Origin: Rebecca billardiae RCC1528
Lineage: Eukaryota > Protista > Haptophyta
DNA length: 64,000 bases
Reading direction: 5' to 3'
Assembly (NCBI GenBank): GCA_965240325.2
Contig: OZ251224.1
Coordinates: 2,728,001 to 2,792,000, forward strand
Shown: positions 23,226 to 35,733 of the stretch, one piece after another
Position numbering within the stretch: the stretch's first letter is position 1
How the letters are laid out: each line of letters starts with the position of its first letter
Notes under the pieces: model-generated
Told to the model about the DNA's origin: nothing
The model's input: only the letters and a program-made list of their open reading frames with translations
The model's database searches: none
Position numbers and translations under genes: made by a program

Positions 23226-24939
23226 TCACGCTCTGCTCAGCAGCGTGGGCGCAGCGGGTGGACGCGTGCTGCCTGCGCGCTCGCCGTTGGCGGCTGCCGC
23301 TGCCGCCGCGCCGGATATGTGCGCGCTCGCTGGCCGCACCGCTGCCGCGCGCACCGGCCCGACCGCGGTGCCGTGCGCGCGCGCCGCTGGCTGGTGGTGG
23401 TGTGCCGCGCTGTCGGCAGCGCCCCTCCCCCCGCCTGCGCTGTGCGTCGAGTGAGTCCTGTGCCGCGTGCCGTGCTTGGCCTGCAGCAGCTCGAACGCGG
23501 TCGTCGCGTGCGTGCGCTCGCCCTTGAGCAGCGCCTCAAGCGCCTCGCGGCTCTGGTCGCGCGGCAGCCCAATGCCCTCGAGGGTCGAGATCACCTCCTG
23601 CGCAGCGCAGGGGTCGGCGCGGTCGGCGCGGCGAGGCGTGACAACGTGACGAGGGGTGAGCCCGGGCGGAGCAGCGGGGCGCAGCCGCGGGCGGCGGCGG
23701 GCGCGCGCGCGGGCACCGCCGCGCCCGCGCCTCGCCTCGTCGCGCGCACCTCGGGCAAAGGCTCCGGCCTGGGCGGCGGGCGCGGCAGCGGCCCGCCTTC
23801 GCGCAGCCACGGGTGCTCGATGATCTCCTGCAGCGATGGGCGCCGGTCGGGCTCGACCTGGAGGCAGCGGCGGATGAGGTCGACGGCGGAGAGCGACAGG
23901 TGGGCTGGCGTCTTGAACTGCCCCGCCATGATCCGCCTGTTCAGCGACTCGTGCGTCGAGCCGGTAAAGGGGAACGCGCCGACCAGCATGACGTAGAGCA
24001 GGATGCCGCTGGACCAGACGTCTGCGGGCACGCCGTGGTAGTGGCGCTTCGCGACGATCTCGGGGCAGTTGTACGAGGGCGAGCCGCACGCGACGGTGAG
24101 CTTCTGCGTCTTGGTCATCACGGCGAAGCCGAAGTCGCACAGCTTGATGTGCTGCGCGTGCCGGTCGAGCAGCAGGTTCTCGAGCTTGATGTCGCGGTGC
24201 ACAATGTTGGAGCGGTGGCAGTGGCCGAGCGCCGAGAGGAGCTGCATGAAGAGCGGCCGCGCCTCGTGCTCCGAGAGCGACTTCTTCTGCTTGAGGTGGG
24301 CGAGCAGCGTCGACGGGCACAGCTCCATCACCATGTACACGTTCCGCGCGCCCTCGATCACCTCGTACACGTGCACGATGTTGGGGTGGCGCAGACGCTG
24401 GTGCAGGCGGATCTCCATCGCGATGCGCGTGCGCAGCCGCGGCGTGCCCGCCTTCAGCTTGTCGATCTTCTTGATGGCGACGTACTGGTCGGTGAGCCGG
24501 TGCGTCGCCTCTCGCACCTCGCCGAACGAGCCGGAGCCGAGCACGCGGCCCAGGTGGAAGTGCCGAGAGATGTCGTCCGCGATCGTGCCGGCGTACTGCG
24601 AGCGCTGCTGCAGCTCAATCGGAGTCCACGCCGGCACGGCGAGCGCCTTGCGCGCCGGCGGCATCGACTCGTCGGCGACGGCAAGCCGCGGCGCGGAGGT
24701 CGAGAGCATCTGGCCGGGCGGGCCGAAGCGTTGCAGGGATGCCGACGCGGGCCGGAGCACCGGTCGGACCACCGGCTGCTGCTGCTGCTGCTGCTGCTGC
24801 AGCTGCGCCTCGGGTGGCGACAGCTCCCGCTGCGAGCTTGCGTGCTCGCGCGTCGGCCCTGCGCTCTGCGCGCGCGGGTAAGCATGCGCTGGCTGCTGCT
24901 GCTGCTGCTGGGCCTGCGGCTGCGGCTGCGACGACGGCG

Positions 24940-24970
<31 letters not shown>

Positions 24971-25906
24971 AGCCGGCTGCGCCGAGTCGCGCGGGGTCGG
25001 CTCGCGCGTGCCCTGCGCCTGCGGCACAGTCGCCTGCAGCCGCGTCGTTGGCACAGACGCTGCCTGCGGTCGGAGCGGGATCGGCGCGTCCTCGGCGCTC
25101 GTCTTGCGCGGTTCGTCGCGCGCGGCGCCGTGGACGAAGTCGTGCTGCGCGGCGTGCGCGGCGCCGTGCGGCTGGCTGTGCCGGTGGTGGTAGTGCGCGC
25201 CGGCCGCATCGGGCACGAGCGCGCCGTGCGCGGCGCCGCTGCCCGGCCGCGCGGCCGCGATCTCGCGCTGCCTGAGCTGGTCGCGATGCATCTGCTGCAT
25301 GTGGCTGGGAGGAGGGATGAGCGGCGCGCGGGCGTCGCCCGTCGACGCCGCGCGCGTGCTCGCCGCGGCGGACGACGGTCGAACCGGCGCGTGCGTCGCC
25401 GCGCTGCCCAGCCCGACAGCCGCGCGCGCGGCCGCGCCCTGCGCGTGCACGGCGGAGGCCGGCGTGCCCGCCGCGCGCGGCGAGACGTGGTGCGGGTAGT
25501 GGTAGTGATGGTGCTGCTGCTGCTGCTGCGTGGCTGCCGACTGGAAGGCGCGCGACGGCGCCGCCGTCGGGCGCACCACCCCCGCGCTCTGCGGGCGCGA
25601 GCTCATCGGCCCACCGTTACCTGCGGGCAGCGGCCGGCTCGAGCCGTGCATGCCGCCTGCGGATGGCGGGCGCTTGCTCGGCGCGAAGGCGGCGATCTGC
25701 GGGCCGTGGACGTTGACGTTCACGCCCTGCGCTTCCCACGCGCTGATCACCCGCGGCCGGTGCGGATCCGCCCCGCCCGACGAGCGCCACCGGAGCGAGT
25801 GCTGCGGCATCTGTTGCTGCTGCGGGAGCCGCGAGATCGCCTCCTTCGCGGCCGAGCGCGGGCGGCGGCGCGTGGGCGGCTGGCGGTAGCGTGTGTCGTG
25901 GATCAT
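23226..25906 (-). CDS. AMPK/SNF1/MARK-related Ser/Thr kinase with a long polyQ disordered N-terminus and a UBA-like domain; predicted intron 23598-23749; alternative start at 25810
   Basis: LGSGSFGEV, VAIK, HRDIKLENLLL, DFGFA, CGSPSYNCPE, DVWSSG. After splicing, EVISTLEGIGL...HATTAFELL resembles the UBA domain of this family. Confidence 0.92.
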
Positions 25907-26349
25907 GGCCGCTCCCCGCGCTGGCCCCGCGATCGGAACGCGGCGGTCGCAGCGCCGGCGTGCGGGACTGTTATTCGCCCACCCCCACGCTCGGCGGCCT
26001 CGCGGGCGAGTTTAGGCTTGGCTGCGAGGGATGAGCTCGGAGCGCTCGGGCACCGAGCGGTTGCAACGAGAGAAGCGGCCCGACGAGCGATGAAACTGCT
26101 GGCGCGGGTAGCTCTCCTACGTTTCGGAGGCGTGAACGTGCTCAAGATCTGATAAGACTCATATGAGCCGACACCCTCCTAATAGGCCGATTCTTCAAAT
26201 CATCACAAGATGATGCGACTTTGCGATTCGTCCATAGCAGGCCCTCCGGCCGGAATGGTACTGTCTTCTCCACCCAGTCCGGGAAGGGCGGATCTCGTCA
26301 CCGGAGCTCGAACGGCTCCGCCCTCAGTCTCACGGCAGGGCACTAGGGC

Positions 26350-27090
26350 AGTTCACCTGACAGCGGAGGGCCACCTGACACCTGACACTGACACCACCTG
26401 ACACGTGTCAGCCAGTCAGGCGAGTGGCGAGATGGGCTGCCTGACAGTGTCAGGTGGGTCACCTGACACTGTCAGGCGGTCAGGCGGCTGGGAGGGTGCT
26501 GCCGGCTGACACGTCAGCGGCGCCTGTCGGCTGACTGTCAGCTACAGTAGTGACTACGGCCGGGCGGCGGCGCCGGCGGGGCCAGGCGCGGGCCCCGGCC
26601 GGGGCGGGCCGGCGCCCGCCAGCGCGGCCCAGCCGCCACCCGCCGGCCGTCGCGGGTCTGCTTAGAGTCTGCGGCGCTCCGACATCAGACCGTTACAGAC
26701 ACAGTGCTGACGCGGCGCGTAGCCCGCGGCGGCGTAACCGGCGCGCGGCCGCGCGCTGCGGCGCGGCGGCCGCTGCGTGCGCCGCGCCGGCCGAGTAGGA
26801 GTGACTGTCAGCCGGGCTGTCACTTGTCAGCCGACGGCTGACAGCTGGCTGACACGTGTCAGCATGTCAGGCGTGCCGGCGAGTGCGGTCGGCTGACAGT
26901 GTCAGCCGCCCCGTGTGGCAGGCGTGAGGCAAGATGGGCCGCCTGAGGCGCCTAACAGTGTCAGGTCACAGGTGGGTCACCTGACAGTGTCAGGCGGCCA
27001 CACGACACTGTCAGGCGGTCAGGCGACTCTGCCTGTCAGTCAGCTGACAGGTGCCAGATGATTGTCAGGCGAGGCCTGACACTTGTCACT
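26350..27090. repeat. CTGACA/TGTCAG-rich degenerate duplicated module with palindromes
   Basis: CTGACACGTGTCAGC at 26398 and 26849; CAGGTGGGTCACCTGACA at 26451 and 26969; CTGTCAGGCGGTCAGGCG at 26469 and 27008. Confidence 0.8.
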
Positions 27091-27606
27091 CGGGGTGAGT
27101 CAATTAGCTGCGACGGCCGCCTGGTCCGCCGCCACGAACATCAATCATCATGGCATCATGCCACATCATCACACATCATCATGCTATGATCATCGGCCTC
27201 AGGGCTATTCGGCCTCGGGCTGAACATTGAGGCTGTATAGCAGTTAGTTAGCGGCCCGCTGTACGACAAGTCGACACTGATGCCACACGATTCTCTGAGC
27301 ACGGACATGCGGCGCAGAGGCGCTGGGACGAGGCACGGCCAGCGAGCTGGCCATGCGATGACCAAGGTCGGGGAGCGGCGTCACGGCGCGAAGACTGAGC
27401 TCACGTATGCTAAATCCAAATGGCGGCGGCGGTGCGTCGCCAGAAGACCCAGAAGACGAATAGACGATACGTGTGAACGGGCGCGTCACCATCGATCGGC
27501 TGTGAGCGGCGAGGCCATGCAGCGGATGGCGCGCAGTCAGTCCTGCCCATGCCCACTGTGAAGCCTCGGCGTTGGCATGCGTGGCCAGCGGCTGCACCCA
27601 GCCCCG

Positions 27607-28226
27607 TCAGCCCCACGCGGGCGTGGTGCAGTAGTTGAGCACGAGCACGCCGTCGACGTGGAAGCAGCGCGCCAAGTCGGACACGAGCTCATCCGGAGAG
27701 GGCGCGAATGCGCTGTTGCAATACACGAACTGCGGCGCGCCGCGTGCGGGAGGGGTCGGGTCGGCTCAGCATCTGCTCACGGGCGCGGCCGCGCGGTGTG
27801 GCCGCCCGCGCATACCAGCGTCTCTCCCGCTTGGCAGCGCAGCTGCTTACGCAGGAAGGTCAAAATCGAGTGGAAGTGCTCGTGCGCGTCGATTTTGAAC
27901 TTGTTCTGCTTGAGCACAGGAGCGCCGCCGACGTGGCGGAAGTTGACCACGACTGTGCGGGTGCGCGCGACCGGTGCACGGCCCGCGCGGCGAGGATGCG
28001 GCGCGTCAGCATGCGGCGGGCGCCTCTGCAGCATGGCAGTGCCAGCGTGCGTCGAGCGCGCGCACCTTTGCCGTCGCGTACTGCCGGCACGATGGCGAGG
28101 GCGAGTGGTGGCGGGTGACCGGACGCAAGGGCGTGTGAGCACACGCGCGTCGGCGTCGCGCAAGGGCGCACGCGACACATGCGGCTCCACGGGACGCCGG
28201 CGCGCACTTGGCACGTCCATCGCCAT
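27607..28226 (-). CDS. ATG12: Ubiquitin-like autophagy protein ATG12; predicted exons 28226-28208, 28080-28066, 27952-27816, 27729-27607
   Basis: Spliced product [32 protein letters not shown]...FLRKQL...[24 protein letters not shown]...[12 protein letters not shown]-stop, with the diagnostic C-terminal AWG. Confidence 0.95.
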
Positions 28227-28439
28227 GGCCGCACGAGCGGAGCCGGTGAGGCGGTGGCGCCCATCCTTTTATTTCCCGCGCAAAGAAAGTCGGCTTCCGG
28301 GTAGCTGTCGAAAAACGACGACACGACGAGTTTCTTTTCGCCCCACATTCCGCCCTTTTGAAAAAAAAGGCAAGCTGTTTCAGTTTCACCGTCACCGCCA
28401 TTGCACCCCAGCGTGGGCCTTGCAGGCGTGGTGGCCGCG

Positions 28440-30701
28440 ATGGCCACGGCAAACGCCGTCACGATGAAGAGCCAGCGGCGAAAGGCCGCGACGGTCGGTG
28501 CCACGAGCACAGAAGATGAGCTCTCGAGTCTGCAGAAGCGCTTCGCAGCCCTCGGTGCGCGCTGCACGGCCGGCATGTCACGCGTCGCGGCCGGTGTGCT
28601 CGCTCGGCACGGGTGCGCGCTCACCTGCCGCGTGCGGCTGCCCCTCCCCGCCCCCCGACCGCCCCCGCGCTGCAGAGGCGGAGCCGACGATCAAGACAAC
28701 CGATACGACTGGCACCGTCCTTGGAAAGAGCGCGAACAAGCTCATGTCGGACAAGATGGCGTCCGAGGCCGAGCACGATCCGACACACTCGGCGGAGCTC
28801 GCAGAGCTCAAGCGGCTGGACGACCAGATCTGCCAGCTCCGGCGCAAGCACGACGAGCTCGCGCACTCGAACATGGAGAAGCGGCAGGAGCTCGACCGCA
28901 TCGCCGACAAGCTTCGCGACCTCGCGAAGGAGTCGGTGAAGCCGAGCAGCGGCGGCAGCGGCGCCAGCGGCAGCATCTCGGAGCGCTCGTCGAGCAAGGA
29001 GATCCGCGCGCTCGAGCGCAAGCTCGCGCAGTCGGTGGAGCGGTACGAGGAGGCGTACGAGAACCGGCGGACGTACGACCAGATTGTGAAGCGGCTTAAG
29101 GAGGAGCGCGTCGGGTACGACAACAAGATCGCCGAGCTCGACGCCAAGCTGCGCGCCAAGGAGGCGGAGTACGAGGAGCTGTTGCTCATGTCGCACGACG
29201 CGAACCATTCCAAGGAGATGGCCAAGGTGCGAGCCGCGGCCGGGCGGAGGGAGGGCGCGGGGCGGGATGGGAGGCGTGGAGCGCGGGCGCGGGCGCGGGC
29301 GCGGCGGACGCCGCCGCCGGGGTCGAGCCTGGGGCGTCGTCGTCGCCGTCGCCCGCGTGGAGCCCGCGGCCGACGCAGCCAGCTCGCCGCGCGCGCGCGG
29401 ACACTCTGACTGACTGGCTGTGTGCGTGTGTGTGTGCGCGCGTTGCGGTGCGCGCAGGCGGAGCTGGCGCGCCTCGAGGCGATCGCGGTCGAGGAGCGCA
29501 AGCTGAGGGACCGGGAGGTGCAGGAGCAGAAGCAGACCGTGATGCAGAAGCAGGAGCTCAACAAGGAGCTCTCCAAGCGCGAGAAGGCGGCGCTCGCACA
29601 TGACATGCCGTCGGCCGAGCTGCCGGATGGTGTGCCGCGCAACCAGCTATACCAGCACCTGCTGTCGGACACGTCGATCGAGGACGAGCAGAAGAACATC
29701 AAGGCGTACGAGGCGGCCTTCCAGAAGATCAAGGAGGTCACCGGCGTCTCGGACGTCTCCGAGGTGATCGAGAAGTTCCTCACACAGGAGGAGACGCACA
29801 AGCACCTGCTGCAGATGACGCGCGACTCGCCGGCGCGCATCGAGGCGCTGCAGGACCAGAGGCGCCGCGCGGAGGAGCAGGTGCAGCGGCTCAAGTACAC
29901 GTCCTCCAAGCCGGGCGCGAGCCGGCGACCCAACGCGCGCGCGGGCGGCGAGGTGCGCGCGCGCTCGCGAGCTGCGCCGCCGCCGCGCGCAGGCCGCCGC
30001 CGCCGAGCCCGCGCCCGTGGCGTGCGCGCGCGCCTGCCACGCCCAACTGACGGGAGCGCGCGCGCGCCGGCTGCGCCGCGCCGCCGCGCAGGGCGGAGTG
30101 AACGACGCCCAGTCCAAGTACGAGCGCATGCGCAACAAGCACGAGCACATGAAGACGGTCTTCCTGAACGTGCGCTCCGGCATCGAGAACATCGCCCGCT
30201 CCGTCGAGGCGGACAAGCTGCTGCAGGAGACGCCGATTGAGCAGATGGAGGCCAAGGAGCTGGGCCTGCTGCTCGACGACATCGAGAGCCGGCTGGCGGC
30301 GCTGCTCGAGGCGATCGACCTGGAGGAGGAGGCGATGGAGGCGGCCGCGGCCGTCAGCGCATCCGCGCCCGCGAAGAAGCCGGCGGAGGTCGACCTCGGC
30401 GCGGGCAACATCCGGATCAAGGATCCGACGGAGCCGGAGGAGGATGCGGTCAACGGTGCGCGCGCCGCTCGCTCGGCCGCGCGCGCCGCAACCGCCCGCG
30501 CCCGCGCCACGCGCTCACCGTTGCCCCACCGTCGCCCGCCCGCCGGTGCGCGCAGACGAGGACTTCGAGGAGGACATGGAGGAGGATGTGGTGGACCGCG
30601 AGATGCTCAAGAAGCAGAGCGCGTTGATCCTGGACAAGGCAACGAAGGGCAAGAAGAAGCGCAGAAGGCGCAACGCCGCGGCCACAGACGACGAGAAGTG
30701 A
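28440..30701 (+). CDS. ODA3: Outer dynein arm docking complex subunit DC1 (ODA3/CCDC151-like); predicted introns 28555-28675, 29227-29457, 29953-30091, 30456-30555
   Basis: TYDQIVKRLKEERVGYDN...YEELLLMSHDANHSKEMAK|AELARLE...EERKLRDREV, YEAAFQKIKEVTGVSDV.EVI.KF and VDREMLKK match DC1-family motifs. Confidence 0.85.
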
Positions 30702-32621
30702 GCGCGTCGCCAGTGCCGCGTGATCGTTCTCTTTGTCAGCTGCGGCCGCAGCGGTGTGATATCGCCGAGCCATCGATGCAGCTGCATGTGTGCCGCCGCC
30801 CGATGAGTGCGCCGCCCGTGCGAGTCGGGGCGATGCATACCAGTGAAGCTGCGCTGAGCTCACTGGCAGGACTGCCCGGCCCGCGGCGGGGTGTGACGAG
30901 CGCGGGTCAACTTGAGCTGTTACTGGGCCGCACAGAGAGCCTGGTGGGGCCCAGTCACCCTGTGCCAGTCACGGTCACGGACCGATGGTGCCGTGGGCGT
31001 GCCCGTGGTCGCGCGCACGTGGCGCTGCCTCAGCCTTCATCCGAAGGCGGACGCGACCGCCGGCGACCGGTGCCTGCAACCGCCGTCGTAATAGTAATAC
31101 TCACTCCTCAGCAGCATATATATATTATGGCGCACGCCCCCCCCCCCGAAAGGTCTGAGCGTGAGCGAAAGCCGGGGGGGGGGCGGCGCACGTGCTCCGC
31201 AAAATCAAAAAGAGGATGCGCGCAGGATTTTGGGGATTTTTCGGTAGGTGGCCACCGCGTATGAGTGGATATCGCTGCCGCAATGATTGCGTTTGTAGTA
31301 GATGCTAATTTTAACGATAGTAACACTTAGGGGAATGCAGGGTGGAATAGCACATAACACCAGCCGTGTGTTAGAACATTCCGTCATAGTAATAGATGCC
31401 TGAATTGTAAGAGCCTGAAACAGCTCGCCAACCATAGAAACGATAGGTTGGGTCGTCAGCTTTGATTCACGCGCTTCTGAAAAACAGCGTTTTAGATTAG
31501 ACGCATCCCTCTTCTCTTAAGAGAACTGCGCTAGAATAGTGTGGTGAGTGTGTCCTGGACAGCCTGAGCGGAAAGGTCAATAATCACGGTTGTTAGATTC
31601 AAGATTCCTCACCCCGTATTGCCAACTGATTCAAAGCCAATGCGGGTATGAATCGACGCGTTTGTGCTCTATCTGCGATCAATACACAGTGCAGGATTGG
31701 AATTTTCCGTGACGCTTCGGACGGTCCGCAGCTCGAGTCAGCGAATCCGGTCTCGGCCGGACAGTGGAACTCGGGTGGAAGCCGCGACTTCGCGGCGGAC
31801 GGAGCCTCAAACGAGCGGTGCCTCGGCTCGCGGCGCGATCTACTCGGCGAAGACCGACGAGGCTGCTCGCGGGCCCGACTATGCGTCGACGCGGGCTGGG
31901 GTCGTCTTCCGCGTGGCGCTGGGCAAGTTCCTCGCCGCCCTGACGGGTGCTCTCCTTTCGCCCTCACGGCGCGCGCGGTGCGTTTCGCGAGCTTCTTGCA
32001 TGCGCCGCCCGCGGTTGCGCCCGAGCCTGATGCTTCAGTCGACACGGCAGGTGGCTCGCGCAGGGTGGGATTGTGTGCGGGTGCCGCTGGCGGTGCGTCT
32101 CACCCTCCTGAAATTGTGTGGGAGGCTGTGACATTGCACGCGTACACCCCGCCACGCCCGCGGCCCGCCGCCGCGCAAACGCCGCGCCGCGCAGTTGTCT
32201 TTGACCTCGAGCGAGCCTGAGGCGTGGAGGCGACCGACGGCGGGGTGCGACTTGCCCATCGACCCGAGCCGCATCACCCAGCGCAGCCTCGCCCGCGACG
32301 ACGCTTCGCCTGGCTGCCACTGCTCAGCCGCGTGCAAGGCGGGCTGGGCGACGTCTTTGCCGAGCGCGGCTGCAGCGCAGCACGCGAGAGGCTGGAGCGC
32401 CATGACGCGGATGGCGGAGCGGGCTTTGGGCTGGCTGGCATGAGCCGCCAGGCTGTACCGTCCGCGCAGATCGCGCTCGGCCCGGCCGCAGCCCTCCTGA
32501 GCGCGCGCCTCAGAGCTGAGACTGATCACGTGCACGCGCACAAGCCACACTGCCGTGGCTGTGTCGAGCAGCTGCGTGTGCTCGAGGCGCGGCGCTCGCA
32601 CGGGCCACGCGGGCGCAGCGG

Positions 32622-33400
32622 GTGCGCGCAGCTGGCGCACGCAGTGCCACGTCCTGCCGCGCCAGTTTGGCGGCCGTCCGCCCCCCCGAGCTCGAGTTCT
32701 GCGCGCTTTGCGACGGCGCGGCCGGCCGCGCCCATCTTCATGCTTGGGCACGCCAGCATGGCCGCCGCCGGGCCTGCTGCGCGCGCCGAAGCTGGAGGGC
32801 GGAGGAGGGCGCTGGGCTGCTCCTACGGCGTGCTGCAGCCCGGGCAGGCTTTTCCGCGGCGCGGCGAGGCCGTCGCGCCTGCTCGCCGCCGTCGAGTCGC
32901 CCGTGCTGAGTGACCGTCGGCCGCATGTGCTCGGCGGCACCGCAGGCAGGCGTCCCATACCAGTGTGCTCGAGCCGCTGCGCGCACCCAAGGCGAGCTGC
33001 TCGAGCGGGCTAGGTGGGCCCACGGAGTGCGCGCAGCTGGCGCACGCAGCCCCGCGTCATGGGGTGTCGGTTTGACGGTCGCCAGCCCCCGTGGGCTCGA
33101 GCTCTGTGCGCTTCACCACGGAGGTGCCGACGGCGCCCCGCGGCGCGCAACGGCGTGGCAGCATGGCCGCCGCCGGCGCCGCCGCACATGCCGCCGCTTA
33201 CGGGCAGTCGAGAGCTTGGGGCAGCACCTACGGCATGCTGCAGCTCGGGCGGGCTCTGCCAGCCTGCTGTGGCGTGATCGCGCATTTTCCAGACCGTCGA
33301 CTCGCCCGCGCTGCATATTTGTTTGCTGCGCGTGCTCGACGGCGCCGCTGCTGCCGCTACGGCCGCGCGTTGCTGCGTCGCGAGCGAGCCCGATGCGAGC
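32622..33400. repeat. Diverged tandem duplication with a 405-bp period
   Basis: GTGCGCGCAGCTGGCGCACGCAG at 32622/33027, CAGCATGGCCGCCGCCGG at 32754/33159, CCTACGGC at 32822/33227. Confidence 0.85.
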
Positions 33401-34409
33401 TGAACGGCGGCGTGCTCATCGCTGCTGGCGCAGATGGGCGCGTCATGGTGGCCACGCACGATGCTGAGTGCTCGCGCGTGCCAGACGAGGCGCGTGCTCG
33501 CGCTGTGGCTCAATGTCCGGCAGTGCGCGTGGCAGGCCGCAGCTGCTCGACAACAGAACCAGCGGGCAGTGATCGGGCTGCGCGCGCGCAGCTGATGGCG
33601 GCGAACGAGCGAGCCCGCACCGCCGCGCAAGGGCTGGGCGACTGGCGCCGAGGTGGCGCGCACGTCGTCCGCTGCCGTTGGCATCGCGGCGGACGCTTCA
33701 AGCTCGTTCGGCCGGCGTGTTTTCTCCGACGCCCACCTGCGAGCGCTGCCGGCACCGTGCTCGGGCGTCAGTATCGGTGGGCTCGAGCACGCGTGGTGAG
33801 GCGCTCGGAGCGGTCGACGGCCATGATCGGGCAGCGCACGGTGGGCGCAGGCCACGCGCACGCCAGCGCCCCGCGTGGCGTGGCTTCACGGGGCGCAGCC
33901 ACCAGGAGACTGTGCTGCGACGAGCTCGGGCGCGCTCGGGCGCCGCTGCTCTGCATTTTCCCGAAAAATCGGTTTTCGTGCCCTCGACCGGCGGTATGCC
34001 GCCGGGGTGGCCGCAGCTGCGCTCGGAGCAGCGCGCACGGGCACCGCCGTGTGCGCCCGCCCGCTTTCGCCGCCGCCGAGCTCGAGCACAGCGCTGCGCG
34101 GGGCTGCGTAATGCCAACGGCGCATGATTTTTTGCCCGCGCCGAGCGCGCGTCGGCGCGCGCAGCGCGCTCAGGTGTGGCCTGCTACCAAGGTCTGTGCC
34201 ACGATTCGACGCGCCTATGGTGCGCCGAATTTAGGCGCACCGCTTCAGAATTGTCCGATGATTCGACTAGTGGTGCGGACAACTTAAAACGTCACCCTGA
34301 GCAGTTTTCCGGCACTGTGTAAGAGCTCTCTGATTATTCAAATGGGTGTACGCTGTCCCGGACAGACTCTGATCAATAATGATGATCGGCACGAAAAGTT
34401 GCGCGTGAC

Positions 34410-35733
34410 GGCTCGGTGACGACGATCCAACGGCAAAGTGCCGCGGGTGCGGCGGCGTCGGTGCGGCGGAGGCGGAGGCGGAGGCGTCGGGGGAGGCGGC
34501 TGAAGGGAGCGAGGGCGATGGTGGCGGCGCAGTCGAGGGAGGTGCGCCGAATGGCATGTCCGTCCTCACCCTCGCCGGCGGCGGCCGCCCGCGTGCCGCC
34601 GCCGCCGCGGCTCCGCGGCTTGCTGGCGACCGGACTGCACGGGTGATGCGACCGGACGCGCCGATGCTGCGCGCGTACGGGGTGGCGCAGCTGCTGCTCG
34701 AGGTGATCGCGCACTGCGCGCTCGACCCCGCCGAGCCCGCCGCATGCGCCACCCTCTCCGCAGGCTGCGTCGCAAATCTGACCTATCCGGTCGACAGGCG
34801 TCTGCACTCGGACCGCGCGGCGGTGCGGCGCGAGGCCGAGCGCGGGAGCCTGGGCGGCGGCGGGCGCGCGGCGGGGCATGTGCTGCCCGAGAGGCTGGCG
34901 CACTCGCCCAGCGCCGCCGCGCACACCGCCGCCGACCTCGCGCGCACGACCTCCGTCAACTCCTCCGTCAGCGGCGGAGAGCGCGTCGCGTCACGCCGCC
35001 CACGCGGCTGGTCGCTGCCGCCCAGCCGGTTCGTCATCCGAGCGCAGTCGCCCGGCGGCGGCGGGGCGGATCGGAGGCGGCGGCGTCGGAGGGCGGCGTC
35101 GGAGGGCGGCGTCGGAGGGCGGCGTCGGAGGGCGGCGTCGGAGGGCGGCGTCGGAGGGCGGAGCGGAGGGCGGCGGCGCGCCGCCGCCGCCGCCCGACGG
35201 GCTGCCGCGATCGCCGCTCGCCGCCGCGATCGCCGCCGCCGACGGCAGCGGCGGCGCGCGGGCGCCCGCAGCGCGCGCCGGGCCGGTCGCCGCCTGGGTG
35301 GTGGGACCGCCGCTGGGGGGCGGGGCGGGCGGAGGAGATGGCGGTGGCGAAGGAGGACGCGGTGGTGGACGTGGACGTCACGCAGTCCGGGCTGCACTGG
35401 CTCATCCACCTCCTCTCCGCACTCGACCCGCCGCCGTCACCGACGGCGCAGCAGCTGGCGGCGGCGCGACGGACGGTGGCGGGCGCGGCCGCGGCCGAAG
35501 CGGGCGCGCGCCGCGCGCGCCGCTGCGGCGGCGTGGAGCGGCGGGAGCTGAGCGGCGCGCTGCTGCACACGCAGTCACGCTGCGCTTACGTGCTGCAGGA
35601 CGCTGTGCGAGCGCGCCACCGCCGACGCCGTCGCGCCGCCGCTGCCCCCGCCGCACCGGCACCGTCCGACCGTCCGACCGTGTCGTCACAAGCCGCGGCT
35701 GCTGCTCACATTCACAAGCTGCGTGATCGGTGA
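34410..35733 (+). pseudogene. Probable gene fragment: two protein-like segments separated by a minisatellite or intron
   Basis: LRAYGVAQLLLEVIAHCALDP...CVANLTYPVD and VVDVDVTQSGLHWLIHLLSALD...LLHTQSRCAYVLQD are in different frames; no clear start. Confidence 0.3.
35081..35158. repeat. 13-bp minisatellite (CGGCGTCGGAGGG) x6
   Basis: Six perfect head-to-tail copies. Confidence 0.95.

Noticed and set aside
35081-35158. Regular short repeats as a possible CRISPR array
   Set aside because: Head-to-tail 13-mers with no spacers, no cas genes and a eukaryotic context.
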